A stretch of DNA of 58,948 nt, the filler included. It is 5 parts of 5 records of this genome, joined end to end, with 100 filler letters (N's around TTAATTAATTAA, not from the genome) between each part and the next. Parts side by side here need not be neighbours in the genome. Positions count along the whole stretch, not along the records: positions 14,314 to 20,936 come from SRR2962707_740; positions 21,037 to 38,311 come from SRR2962707_747; 3 more parts are not named here. One strand, written 5' to 3'. Shown one piece after another: positions 19,545-29,429 of this stretch (position 1 is the stretch's first letter; every line of letters starts with the position of its first letter). Below the pieces are notes generated by a model. The model was not told where the DNA came from, made no database searches, and was given only the letters and a program-made list of their open reading frames with translations. A program made the translations under genes and the position numbers.

Positions 19545-20513
19545 ATGAATTTATACCCATTAAAGTTTATTCCTATTTATAAAGAGTATTTATGGGGAGG
19601 AAACAAATTAAAAGAAGTCCTTCAGAAGGATGTAAAAACAACTACAGCCTCAGAAAGTTGGGAGCTGTCTGGAGTGGAAGGAAATGTTTCTGTTGCTAGC
19701 AATGGAGAATTACAAGGAAAAACACTTCAAGAATTAATAGATACTTATAAAGAGGAACTTTTAGGAGCTTCTGTTTACAAACGTTTCGGGAATAAATTTC
19801 CAATCTTGATTAAGTTTATAGATGCAAAATTAGATTTATCTGTACAGCTTCACCCTAATGATGCCTTGGCAAAAGAAAGGCATAATTCTTTCGGAAAAAC
19901 AGAAATGTGGCATGTTATGCAAGCCGATCCAGGTTCTAAATTGATTGTTGGTTTTAAAGAAACTTTGACGAAAGAAGAATATTTAGAACACTTAGAAAAC
20001 GGACAATTACTTGAGATTTTAAATCAAGAAGAAGTTAAAGCAGGCGACACCTATTTTATCAATACAGGAAAAGTTCATGCAATTGGAGCAGGAATTCTAT
20101 TGGCAGAAATTCAGCAAACATCAGATGTTACGTATCGAATTTATGATTATGAACGTAAAGATAAAGATGGGAATACACGAGAATTGCATACCGAATTGGC
20201 AGTAGACGCAATCGATTATCAGAAGAAAGACGATTTTAAGGTTAACTATGGTACCGAGTATAATTCGTCTAATAATATGGTGACTTGTGATTATTTTATT
20301 ACCAATTATTTAAATGTTGTAGGAACCTTTGTAAAGCAATTAGTTAATAGAGATTCTTTTACTATTTATATTTGTGTGGACGGACAAGCGCAAATTAAAG
20401 TCGGAGAAAATATAGAGAAGTTAGCACAAGGAGAAACAATCCTCATTCCAGCCACAATCAATGAAATTAGTATTAGTGCTAAGGATGCTAAAATTTTGGA
20501 GGTACATTTATAA
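19545..20513 (+). CDS. manA: Mannose-6-phosphate isomerase class I
   Basis: LWGG, ESWELS, LSVQLHP, GKTEMW, VHAIG and EIQQTSDVTYR motifs. Confidence 0.93.
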   Translation: MNLYPLKFIPIYKEYLWGGNKLKEVLQKDVKTTTASESWELSGVEGNVSVASNGELQGKTLQELIDTYKEELLGASVYKRFGNKFPILIKFIDAKLDLSVQLHPNDALAKERHNSFGKTEMWHVMQADPGSKLIVGFKETLTKEEYLEHLENGQLLEILNQEEVKAGDTYFINTGKVHAIGAGILLAEIQQTSDVTYRIYDYERKDKDGNTRELHTELAVDAIDYQKKDDFKVNYGTEYNSSNNMVTCDYFITNYLNVVGTFVKQLVNRDSFTIYICVDGQAQIKVGENIEKLAQGETILIPATINEISISAKDAKILEVHL

Positions 20514-20547
20514 AAATGCTGTACTTTTGCAGCTAAAATAAAATAGT

Positions 20548-20823
20548 ATGGCTAGTATAAGAGATTTAAAGAGAGATATAAACTTCGTTTTAGGAGATAT
20601 TATTGAAGCTGTTTACATTTGGGAAATAAGTACCAATACACCAAATTCTAAAGAAGGTGATAAAATTATAGATGAAGCAATTGCTACTTTTGATGAGTTA
20701 ATCGTAAAGGTTAATAATAAGGATGTAGATAATAGAAAAGCTCATTTAAAGCAAGTTAACAAAGAGCTTGAAGAGAAAGCTTCTTCTTTAGTTGAAAAGC
20801 TGAATAAATTGTCAGCGGCTTAA
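20548..20823 (+). CDS. Conserved hypothetical helical protein
   Basis: MASIRDLKRDINFVLGDIIE...; an upstream TACTTTTG -7 element is at 20522. Confidence 0.8.
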   Translation: MASIRDLKRDINFVLGDIIEAVYIWEISTNTPNSKEGDKIIDEAIATFDELIVKVNNKDVDNRKAHLKQVNKELEEKASSLVEKLNKLSAA

Positions 20824-20856
20824 TCTAAAAAAAATCAAAAATTTCTTTTAAAAAAG

Positions 20857-20887
20857 TTTGCAAGTATAATTTTGAGAATTATATTTG
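20857..20887 (+). promoter_or_regulatory. Bacteroidota primary-sigma promoter for the tRNA
   Basis: TTTG (20857), 19 nt, TATATTTG (20880), matching the TTTG/TAnnTTTG consensus. Confidence 0.75.
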
Positions 20888-20906
20888 CGCACTTTTTAAG
20901 GGAAAC

Positions 20907-20936
20907 GCCGATGTAGCTCAGCTGGCTAGAGCAGCT
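20907..20936 (+). tRNA. tRNA 5' half (probably tRNA-Thr), truncated before the anticodon
   Basis: GCCGATGTAGCTCAGCTGGCTAGAGCAGCT gives the acceptor strand and D-arm. The isotype is inferred by resemblance only. Confidence 0.8.
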
Positions 20937-21036
20937 NNNNNNNNNNNNNNNNNNNNNNNNNNNNNNNNNNNNNNNNNNNNTTAATTAATTAANNNNNNNN
21001 NNNNNNNNNNNNNNNNNNNNNNNNNNNNNNNNNNNN
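20937..21036. other. Artificial contig linker
   Basis: N-run + TTAATTAATTAA + N-run. Confidence 0.98.
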
Positions 21037-21834
21037 GTTATTATTTGGATTACCTGTTCCGCTTTGTGTAACTTTAAAGGTTGTTTTAGTATCATCTTCA
21101 GAAGTATGCGTATACGTTCCATCTCCGTTATCTTTTAAAACAGTTATCGTTTCATTCGCTTTAACGATATCTCCTAAATTAATGGTTTGCTCAGCACCAT
21201 TTTCATCTATATATGTAAAGTTATTACCATCATAATAAACATTACCACCTATATTATTAATTAGATTAGTAATCTCATTCCTTACATTTTCATTTTTGAT
21301 GATTTCCCCAAATTGGTTGATTACATCCGCAGGTACCTGAATAGTAGTTACCGTTCCGTCTTCGGAGGTATGTGTATACGTTCCATCTCCGTTATCCTTT
21401 AAAACAGTTACGGTTTCATTAGCCTTTACAATATCTTCAAAACTTATATTTTGAAGATTCCCTTCATTATCAATATAGTTAAATGTCTCCTCTAATGGAT
21501 TGTATATAACAATGTTATCTGGGAGCCCCCCAGTACCATTAACATCGTTTGCATTAAGAATACGAAGCCATTTATCTACATACCAATAATAGTACCCCGG
21601 TATTAAATCGGTAGTAGTAGCTGTATTAAAAACTAACAAACTGTTAACATTACCGTTAACTATAGTACTTGAATCTGTTGTACTTTTGAGTGCAAGTCTC
21701 GGAATAAGCAACCCCTTGTCTTGGGCTTCAACATCTAGTTGAGAGGAACTATTGGGATATGTATTTCCTATCCCAACTTGAGAATAGGAAAAATAGCCAA
21801 TAGTTAATGCTAGAAAAAGTAATAATTTTTTCAT
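21037..21834 (-). CDS. N-terminal fragment of a large repetitive surface protein (3'-truncated)
   Basis: Signal peptide, QVGIGNTYP...LDV...KGLLIPRLAL...PGYYYW head, then repeats DIVKANET.TVLKDNGDGTYTHTSED. Confidence 0.85.
21095..21436. repeat. Intragenic direct repeat with 264-bp (88-aa) period
   Basis: Similar blocks of about 78 bp start at 21095 and 21359 (tcttc.ga.gtatg.gtatacgttccatctccgttatc.tttaaaacagtta). Confidence 0.85.
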
Positions 21835-22352
21835 TCGTTATATCGTAATTTATTTTATATAGTTTAGCCTTCACTTATTAAGAAACCCAATCATCATTTT
21901 CGTCACTCATAATTGACTCCTATTAGACTAAAAGCGATATAAAATCGATAAACTACTTACAAAACCTTCTTTTTCATCCTAAAAATCATAAAGAATTCTC
22001 TTTCAAATCATTATTAATAGTATTAAAAACTTTAATTTTTGAACTATTCTTAAAGAATGAAGATATATTTTAAGTTAATAAAAATGTTCAAAAAAATAGA
22101 CTAAATTCTAATAATACTCAAGTAAATTAGAGTGTAAAAACAACTACTACCTAGTTGAAAAAAATCTACATTACGCTATGATTTTAGCCCTCAGTATAGC
22201 TTAGTAAGCAGTTTAAATTTGTAACTTAAAAGCTGAATATTAAAATTGAAGAGAAATTACATTGTGTAGTCTTTAATAATAAACTAGCACGCTTACGTAT
22301 ATAAAGTAAAACTTAGAATTATAAAAAGTAGGAAACTAGTTTGAAAATAATT

Positions 22353-22380
22353 TAGCCTTCTCTATTTTAAGAGAAGGCTA
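22353..22380 (-). terminator. Terminator-like hairpin ending the SusC/D operon
   Basis: TAGCCTTCTCT-ATTTTA-AGAGAAGGCTA, a perfect 11-bp stem. Confidence 0.7.
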
Positions 22381-22413
22381 TTATACTATTGTAAAACCTT
22401 AACTAATTTATGT

Positions 22414-23490
22414 TTAAGGATTTGTTATTTTTAAATCAGCACCTTTCATAGTTTTGGTATCGATTTTGGTATTTAAGATATTTAAAATAGTAGGTGCAAT
22501 TTGATTACTGTATAATTGCTCATCATGTTTAACTTCTCCCAATGTATTTACATTAGCACCAAAAGCAATTAACCACACCTCATCTGCTCCCTTAATATCT
22601 CTTCCGTGACTTCTCCATGTTTTTAAAGGCGTTGTACCACGACCATGATCTGTAGTAATTATAAAAGTTGTATTGTCTTTATAAAAAGGATCTGCTTGTA
22701 CATATTCCCATAAATCTTTTATAAAAGAATCTGTAGTATGTGCCGATTTTAAATATGCTTCATAATGACCATCATGCGCAAAATCGTCTGTTTCTCCGTA
22801 GGAAATATAAACTACCTTAGGATGCTCTTTTTGTATGTATTCTTTTGCATAGTGATGCGTAAAAGCATCCAAACGAACACTTCCCCATGGGCTAGGAATT
22901 TCAGTCTGCAATTGATTTAAAAACTCTTCTTTTTCGGTTAAGTCACCTTCTGCATTTCTAAATCCTGCATTTACAGGGATTCCACTTCTTTCATCATTAA
23001 TTATAAAAGGAAACACATCCCAACTCCCAAAGGCTGCCACCTTATTTTTAAAATCTGCTGTGTTATTTAGCAATTCTAAAATAGTAATATTAGGATTATA
23101 AATCTTATCATTACTCTTTATGTTTACATCATCTGCAGCCCCTGTTAAAATTTCATTATAACCAGGGTAAGAAAACCACATCGTGTTTGTTAAATTCACC
23201 TTACTTCCTACATTTCTATTTCCATGAATCTGTCCGCTTTCAGCTACAAAATTCCATACAAATGGAAAAAGTGCAGTTCTACGTTCTTCTGGAGTTTCCT
23301 TCCAAAACATTCTCTTTAACCCTTCTGGATTAGCTACATATTCTTTGTTAGCTACTAACTTCTCATCTGCTCCAGTAAATAGCTCCTGCCAACGAAGGCC
23401 ATCTAACGTAATTAAAATTACTTTCTGATCTTTATCTTGTGCCGAAATAAAGCTCGTTATTAATAAAAGTAGTAAACTTATCTTTTTCAT
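22414..23490 (-). CDS. Secreted alkaline-phosphatase-superfamily protein
   Basis: Signal peptide, then ILITLDGLRWQE, FSYPGYNE, GETDDFAH and TTDHGRG metal-binding motifs. Confidence 0.88.
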   Translation of the reverse strand: MKKISLLLLLITSFISAQDKDQKVILITLDGLRWQELFTGADEKLVANKEYVANPEGLKRMFWKETPEERRTALFPFVWNFVAESGQIHGNRNVGSKVNLTNTMWFSYPGYNEILTGAADDVNIKSNDKIYNPNITILELLNNTADFKNKVAAFGSWDVFPFIINDERSGIPVNAGFRNAEGDLTEKEEFLNQLQTEIPSPWGSVRLDAFTHHYAKEYIQKEHPKVVYISYGETDDFAHDGHYEAYLKSAHTTDSFIKDLWEYVQADPFYKDNTTFIITTDHGRGTTPLKTWRSHGRDIKGADEVWLIAFGANVNTLGEVKHDEQLYSNQIAPTILNILNTKIDTKTMKGADLKITNP

Positions 23491-23591
23491 TTGTTAATAT
23501 TTATTGATTTAAAAAGTCAGATGTGATACCCTCAATTATCATATCGATTGATTTGATAAAACTGCTAATGGGTATTTCATATTTTTATTTT

Positions 23592-25190
23592 TTATTTTGT
23601 TGTAAAAGTTGCGGTTTTAGACCAATCACTCCAATTTAAATTTTGATCTCTATAACGTACGCGCCAGAAATATTTAGTGTTAGATTTTAATAAAGGCATT
23701 TTCTCATCTGTAAGATCATCATCCTTTTGTCGGTTTTCATTATAATACCAATTTTGGTATTGCTTCCATCTATCTACTATAATATTAGAAAATTCAGCAT
23801 CGGTAGCTAATTGCCAATTTGAAGCTGCATGAAAACTATCTTTATAATCGCTTTCATAACCTCCCGCCTTCAACATTACATCTTTAATTGCTATATGCTC
23901 TCCCATTGGACTTTCTATTATTGGAGCGTAAGGCAAGCGTTTTTTCTTATAAATTACCATACTATCTGTAACCTCATTGTTTCTAGATTGTACAGTATTT
24001 CCCCTACTAACTCTTTTTACAACAAACTTAGGATTTTCTGGGTTTGGATCTACCTCTACCATTACAAATCCATACTCATCTTGAGTTACAGTAAATTCAT
24101 CATAATCTCGTCCTTCAAATTCTCCCCAATTATCTATAGCTCCTCCAGCAGAAGCTACATTAATCCACAAATGTTTATGTTCTTTAGATTGCCCTCTTGA
24201 ATACCCATGTGTATGTCCGAAAAAATGTATGCTCGGTTTTCCAGTTTTGGTAGTAAAATTCTCTAATAATTCAACAACTTTTCCTGTGAAATCTGTCTCC
24301 CCAGGAATCCATAATTCCGATTTATGTGGATGATGTAATTGTGCAAAAACAAAATCTATTTCATTATTATTGGCTGTACGCTCTAAAAGTTCTTTTAACC
24401 AAATATACTGCTCTTTAGAGTCTCTATATCCGTCATTTGAATTTAGCCCTATTATTCTTGTATTTCCATAATCTTTATACCACCAATGCTCGGCATAAGC
24501 TGGAGTTCCATTTTTAGGAAGACTAAAATACTTAAAATAGAATGTAGAATTCTTTTCATGGTTCCCCAATACAGGATATACAGGTACATTTGAAAATAAC
24601 TTCTTTGAAGGCTCAAAAAACTCATTTTGCCATTGTTCATATTTAGTTCCATTTTCAACTAAATCTCCAGGAATAAGCACTAAAGCCAGGTTGTCTGAAA
24701 TATCTTCTCCATATTCTTTCTTCAGGTAGGTTAAAATTCCTTCATTTACAATTTCAGCAAACTTTTCTGGTTCATTATGGTCTCTTTGCATATCGCTCAT
24801 GGCTAAAACATTGAACGCTTTTTTATCTTCAGCAAAAGGAGGAGTTTTAAACTGATAAACATCTGAATACGTTTCTCCAGTTCTTACTCTATAATAATAA
24901 GTTGTAAAACGCTCTAATCCTTTAAGTGTTACCTCGTGAATTCTATGGTCGGAAAAATTAACATCGTAAGAAATTCCTGTCTCTTTTTTCTTTAAATCGG
25001 TTGTTTTGCCATACAATACTGTACTTTCTTCTCCTACAGCTGTTTCCCACATAATAGTTATTTCTTGTGGAGAAGCGTTTTGTAAGTAAGGCGCTACTAA
25101 TAAATTTTGTTTAACTGTTTGTGCATGAGTCAACATTAAACTCAACATAAAAAAACAGATAAGCAGGCTTTTGGTATAAACTAATCTCAT
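23592..25190 (-). CDS. Secreted purple-acid-phosphatase-like metallophosphoesterase with FN3 domains
   Basis: PYLQ...FN3 N-domain, then SDMQ, GDLV, LGNHE, HHP and GHTHGY. Confidence 0.9.
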   Translation of the reverse strand: MRLVYTKSLLICFFMLSLMLTHAQTVKQNLLVAPYLQNASPQEITIMWETAVGEESTVLYGKTTDLKKKETGISYDVNFSDHRIHEVTLKGLERFTTYYYRVRTGETYSDVYQFKTPPFAEDKKAFNVLAMSDMQRDHNEPEKFAEIVNEGILTYLKKEYGEDISDNLALVLIPGDLVENGTKYEQWQNEFFEPSKKLFSNVPVYPVLGNHEKNSTFYFKYFSLPKNGTPAYAEHWWYKDYGNTRIIGLNSNDGYRDSKEQYIWLKELLERTANNNEIDFVFAQLHHPHKSELWIPGETDFTGKVVELLENFTTKTGKPSIHFFGHTHGYSRGQSKEHKHLWINVASAGGAIDNWGEFEGRDYDEFTVTQDEYGFVMVEVDPNPENPKFVVKRVSRGNTVQSRNNEVTDSMVIYKKKRLPYAPIIESPMGEHIAIKDVMLKAGGYESDYKDSFHAASNWQLATDAEFSNIIVDRWKQYQNWYYNENRQKDDDLTDEKMPLLKSNTKYFWRVRYRDQNLNWSDWSKTATFTTK

Positions 25191-25192
25191 CT

Positions 25193-26530
25193 CTATAAAT
25201 TTGAAATACTGTTTTCTAAAATATGAATTGCTTTTAACAATTCCTCTCGTGTAATTGTTAAAGGAGGCGATAATTGTAAAACATTCCCCGAAGAAACTTT
25301 AAAACTTAATCCTTCTCTTAAACAATTGTACATAACTTTCTCGGCAGCTTCTAGGGCCTTTTCTTTAGTTAATCTATTTAAAACTAATTCAACTCCCCAA
25401 AGCATTCCAATCCCTCTTACATCTCCTATTATATCAAACTTTGTTTTTAATCTATTGAGTTCTGTTTTTAGAAAAGCTTCATCTGCTTTAACTTTCTCCA
25501 ATAAACCTTCCACAATTCTAATCGTTTCCATTCCAGCTACTGCTCCAAGTGGACTTTTCTCGTGGGTGTAATGCCCCAAAGACAGTTCTCCAAATGTATT
25601 ATATTTATCTCTTGTTATAACCGCTGCTTGCGGAAATATTCCTCCCCCAAGTCCTTTTCCTAAACAAATAATATCTGGTTCTATAGAATAATGCTCAAAA
25701 GCAAACAATTTACCTGTCCTTCCTAAAGCTATTGGAATTTCATCTAAAATAAGAAGAACCCCATATTTATCGCATAATTTGCGAGCCTCCTTCCAAAACT
25801 CTTTAGAAGGAATTTGTACGTCTGTATTTCTAATAGTTTCTGCTAAAAAAGTACCAATATCTCCTTCTTTAGCAAAAACATATTCCAAATATTCTAAACA
25901 CTTGGCCTCATTATTTTCAAAAATCCCTCTATAGGTAACGGGAGGTGGAATTCTTTCTACTCCTGGCATTAGAGGCCCCATAGCTTCTCTAAAAACCGCT
26001 TCTCCTCCAACACTGATAGCATCTAAAGACGCTCCATGAAAAGAATCCCAAAAAGAAACCACTTTAAACTTTCCTGTAATAGCTCTAGCCAATTTTAACG
26101 CTATTCCAATTGCAGAGCTTCCATTGGGCGTTAATAAAACTCTATTTAAATCTGATGGAGCTATAGACGCTAATTTCTCAGCAAATAAAACGGCTGGTTC
26201 ATTGGTATACCTTCTTGTAGAAAAAGAAAGTGTTTTTAATTGCGCTATTAATTTTTGAATTAATTCCTCATTTCCAAAACCTATTTGATGCACATTATTA
26301 CCATGAAAATCCAAATATTTATTTCCAGACAAATTCTCTATATAACTATTTTTAGATGATTTTAAAACATCCAAACAAGGAGTAGACATAGATTGATGCA
26401 TAAAATAACGTTCGTCCTTTTCTAAAATTAACTGTGTATGCTTATCCTTTTCTCGAAGGTTCCATTTTTCCCTTTCTGAAGTAGTATTAATATCTCCTTC
26501 TGTTCTTTTATTAATTTCACCTTGCTTCAT
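25193..26530 (-). CDS. pbfA: Class-III aminotransferase-fold PLP enzyme, (R)-1-hydroxy-2-aminoethylphosphonate ammonia-lyase-like
   Basis: RTEGDIN, FMHQSMSTPCL, DFHGNNVHQ, WDSFHGASLDAISVGGE, LGKGLGGG, GHYTHEKSP and GLSFKVSSGNV match my recollection of PbfA. Phosphonate gene context supports it. Confidence 0.8.
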   Translation of the reverse strand: MKQGEINKRTEGDINTTSEREKWNLREKDKHTQLILEKDERYFMHQSMSTPCLDVLKSSKNSYIENLSGNKYLDFHGNNVHQIGFGNEELIQKLIAQLKTLSFSTRRYTNEPAVLFAEKLASIAPSDLNRVLLTPNGSSAIGIALKLARAITGKFKVVSFWDSFHGASLDAISVGGEAVFREAMGPLMPGVERIPPPVTYRGIFENNEAKCLEYLEYVFAKEGDIGTFLAETIRNTDVQIPSKEFWKEARKLCDKYGVLLILDEIPIALGRTGKLFAFEHYSIEPDIICLGKGLGGGIFPQAAVITRDKYNTFGELSLGHYTHEKSPLGAVAGMETIRIVEGLLEKVKADEAFLKTELNRLKTKFDIIGDVRGIGMLWGVELVLNRLTKEKALEAAEKVMYNCLREGLSFKVSSGNVLQLSPPLTITREELLKAIHILENSISNL

Positions 26531-27779
26531 AAGGACCAAATTTATTTACCACATTACGCTTTTCATCTTTATCATTCAAAATGTAAACATTGTATTTTTT
26601 TCCATCATTATAAACCCTTACTACAATATGTCCTTCCTGACTTTTATACGCATCTAAGCGATTGCCTATTACTTTTTTATTTGCAGCTAGCATTACTGTT
26701 GAAAACACATCTCGCTCCCCAGGATATATTTCTTTACTAAGTATTCTTCTGAGCACTTCTTCTCCAGGATGATCTGACGACCAATTTTGTTGTACCCATA
26801 CTCGAGGACGAAGTGTTCTTACATAAAATGCATTTTGAGAATCTCTATTTCCATGATGATTTAAGGTAGCAACATCAACAGGGCCTACAACAGGAGCAAT
26901 ATTGGATTCTAGGGAATTAAAATCGGTTGCCCCTATTGCATTTACCCCGCTAATATCTCCTCCGGTATAATAATCAAACAAACCAAATGAAATTTTTATA
27001 ACGGTACTTAAATTATTTTCAGAAGGAGAATCTCCTTCTGAAAATAATGCGTAGTAATTTTCCTTTTCTCCTGTCCAGACATTACCATTTACAGCAATAT
27101 TTCTGACAGAAAAACTCTTATAATTTTCAGGATTATATAACAGTCTTATTTGATTTAGCATTCCTGCTTTTAGAACAGAATGTTTCAATCCATTTTTAGA
27201 GTGTACATCACTATACTTCCAATAATTTTTCAAAGTTGGAATTATATGATATTTATCTGCAGATAGCTCCTTTTGAACCTGTTCATCTTTTAAATCTATA
27301 GGAAACTGAGAACCTCTATCTATTAAGTTTTTAATAGGAATAGCATCTCCAACAGCAACAATTCCGGTTAATTGATACTTCCCTTTTTTAGAATATAACC
27401 GTGTACTATCTACTTCTCCAAAATGATCATCATGATAATGCGTAATCAAGGCATAATCTAAAGTCTGCCCTTTTGGTTTTGGATGAAATTGATTTATATA
27501 ATCTACAATCCATTCAGGAGCAGTTTTACTTCTATTAGGAAGCAATTTTGCATTTCTATCAGACAAAGTTCTTGGATGTGTTTCTGAGGTATCACCTGCA
27601 TCTATAAGCAAAGTAGTTCCATCTGGAAAAACACAAAAAGTAGCGTCTCCTCTACCAGTGTTTATATGATGAATTTCTAAAATACCAGGTTCCCAATTTG
27701 GGTACGTCTCTTGAGAGATTCCTTTATAAAAGCACAGAATGAATAAAAAATATAAAGCTAGTTTTATAGTTGTTTGCAC
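26517..27779 (-). CDS. Secreted ComEC/Pce-like MBL-fold hydrolase
   Basis: Signal peptide, then HHINTGRGD, LIDAG, THYHDDHFG, ENNLS, GGDI and HHG. Confidence 0.85.
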   Translation of the reverse strand: MQTTIKLALYFLFILCFYKGISQETYPNWEPGILEIHHINTGRGDATFCVFPDGTTLLIDAGDTSETHPRTLSDRNAKLLPNRSKTAPEWIVDYINQFHPKPKGQTLDYALITHYHDDHFGEVDSTRLYSKKGKYQLTGIVAVGDAIPIKNLIDRGSQFPIDLKDEQVQKELSADKYHIIPTLKNYWKYSDVHSKNGLKHSVLKAGMLNQIRLLYNPENYKSFSVRNIAVNGNVWTGEKENYYALFSEGDSPSENNLSTVIKISFGLFDYYTGGDISGVNAIGATDFNSLESNIAPVVGPVDVATLNHHGNRDSQNAFYVRTLRPRVWVQQNWSSDHPGEEVLRRILSKEIYPGERDVFSTVMLAANKKVIGNRLDAYKSQEGHIVVRVYNDGKKYNVYILNDKDEKRNVVNKFGPYEAR

Positions 27780-27786
27780 GCTGTTT

Positions 27787-29424
27787 TTAATTTAAAAGTT
27801 CTGTAGAAACTAGTTGCTTTGGATTTTTACCATCTTTATAATAAACATCTAACCAACCATCTCCTCCCCCATTAAACCAAGCTACTCTTATAGCATGTTC
27901 TCCAGCATTAAGCTTAACAGTTCCAGATTTTTCTAGTACCCCATGGTCGCCATCATTAGCTACTACCAACTCATTATCAATCCATAGTTTACTCCCATCA
28001 TCAGATCTAGTGTAGAAAGTATAATTAGCTGCTTTTTTAATATCTATAATTGCTGTATAAATTACTGCTGTGTTCTCTTTTATCTTCTCTTTTATTTCTT
28101 CTGAAGTGATTTCATAGGTGTTACCACTATCATCTGGAGTTTTATTGGACAGTTCAGGAAGAGAAGTAAGATTCACTAAATAATAAATTTTATAAGATAC
28201 TCTCTTTCTATCATCATGACGAATTCTAAAAAAGGCTTCGCTTAAGGGACTCGATATTTTCCCCTTTAAAAATATTGCTGCTTTTACTACTTTATTGTCG
28301 GTTATATCAATAATACCCTCATATACTGTTGAATTTTTTGTAGGCATCGACCCATCCAAAGTATATCTAATAACACCTTCTTTATTTGGATTTATTATTT
28401 CCAATTTCGTTTCATTAAAAAAAAGACCTCCTGCTCTTTTATTCAAACTAGCTTCTGGCTTTATTATGGGAGCTACCAAACGATCTTCAATAAGATAGTC
28501 ATCACCCTTTATTTCATTCCCTTCAAACAATGACAGAACAGGCTTTCCTATCCATGCTGTAGGCGTTTTAACACCTAATGCATAGGCAACGGTAGCAGCA
28601 TTGTCATATTGATATACGGGCGTTTTAATTTCATATCCCTTTTTAACTGATTTCCCCCAGGCAATAAATGGGATTTCAATTTCTGCTAAAGACTCCCCTC
28701 CATGTCCTTTTCCTACTCCACCATGATCCGAAGAAATAATAACTAATGTATTTTCTAGTATTCCAGCTTTTTTAATTGCCGATAAAACCTCTCCTAATAA
28801 TTTATCTCCTTTTGTAACCGATTCATAGTATTCTGGTGTTCCATGTCCGTATTCATGACCAGCATGATCAATATGGTCAAAATGAATAAAAGTAAAAGTC
28901 GGTTTTTTGTTCTTAATATAACTACTTGCTACGGCGGCAGTCTGTTCTTCTGTGTCTGCATGAATATCAAAATTAACAGCACTTTTCTCAAACAATCTAC
29001 CAAAATCGCCCCAATGATAGATAGCACCTATCTCTGTATTTTCTTTTTGCTTATTTATTAAATTAAAGACTGTAGGAAACAAAAAATCTTCCCCTTGAAC
29101 TACTGTAGGTAACTCAAAATTGTCTTTATTCCACGCATTAGATGTAATTCCATGTTGAGAAGGGCTAGCTCCCATTATCATAGATGCCCAATTAGAACTA
29201 GAACTTGTAGGAAGTACGGCTCTTGCTCGCATGGTAGAAGCCCCTTCAGCAATAACCTTATCAAAATTAGGTGTGGAAGCATTTCTAATCCCATCTGGAC
29301 TAAGTCCATCAAACCCAATTACAACAACATGTTTAATTTCTCTGTTCTCAGTAGAATTATTATGGCAAGACCACAAGCCTAAAAGACTTGTGGTTACCAT
29401 AAAAATGATTTTTTTAAATTTCAT
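27787..29424 (-). CDS. Lipoprotein of NPP/alkaline-phosphatase family with FN3-associated and PA14 domains
   Basis: Lipobox LWSC, then GFDG, PTSSSSNWAS, DHAGHEYG, SSDHGG, YTLDGSMP and SDDGSKLWID...NDGDHG (PA14). Confidence 0.88.
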   Translation of the reverse strand: MKFKKIIFMVTTSLLGLWSCHNNSTENREIKHVVVIGFDGLSPDGIRNASTPNFDKVIAEGASTMRARAVLPTSSSSNWASMIMGASPSQHGITSNAWNKDNFELPTVVQGEDFLFPTVFNLINKQKENTEIGAIYHWGDFGRLFEKSAVNFDIHADTEEQTAAVASSYIKNKKPTFTFIHFDHIDHAGHEYGHGTPEYYESVTKGDKLLGEVLSAIKKAGILENTLVIISSDHGGVGKGHGGESLAEIEIPFIAWGKSVKKGYEIKTPVYQYDNAATVAYALGVKTPTAWIGKPVLSLFEGNEIKGDDYLIEDRLVAPIIKPEASLNKRAGGLFFNETKLEIINPNKEGVIRYTLDGSMPTKNSTVYEGIIDITDNKVVKAAIFLKGKISSPLSEAFFRIRHDDRKRVSYKIYYLVNLTSLPELSNKTPDDSGNTYEITSEEIKEKIKENTAVIYTAIIDIKKAANYTFYTRSDDGSKLWIDNELVVANDGDHGVLEKSGTVKLNAGEHAIRVAWFNGGGDGWLDVYYKDGKNPKQLVSTELLN

Positions 29425-29429
29425 AGATA

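Noticed and set aside
21835-22350. Long, very AT-rich intergenic region as an ncRNA or element
   Set aside because: No ORF, strong structure or repeat was recognised. It is consistent with the promoter region of the surface-protein gene.
23521-23582. Imperfect inverted repeat ATGTGATACCC...GGGTATTTCAT inside the operon
   Set aside because: It could be an mRNA stability hairpin, but it is single-copy, has a long loop and matches no motif I recognise.
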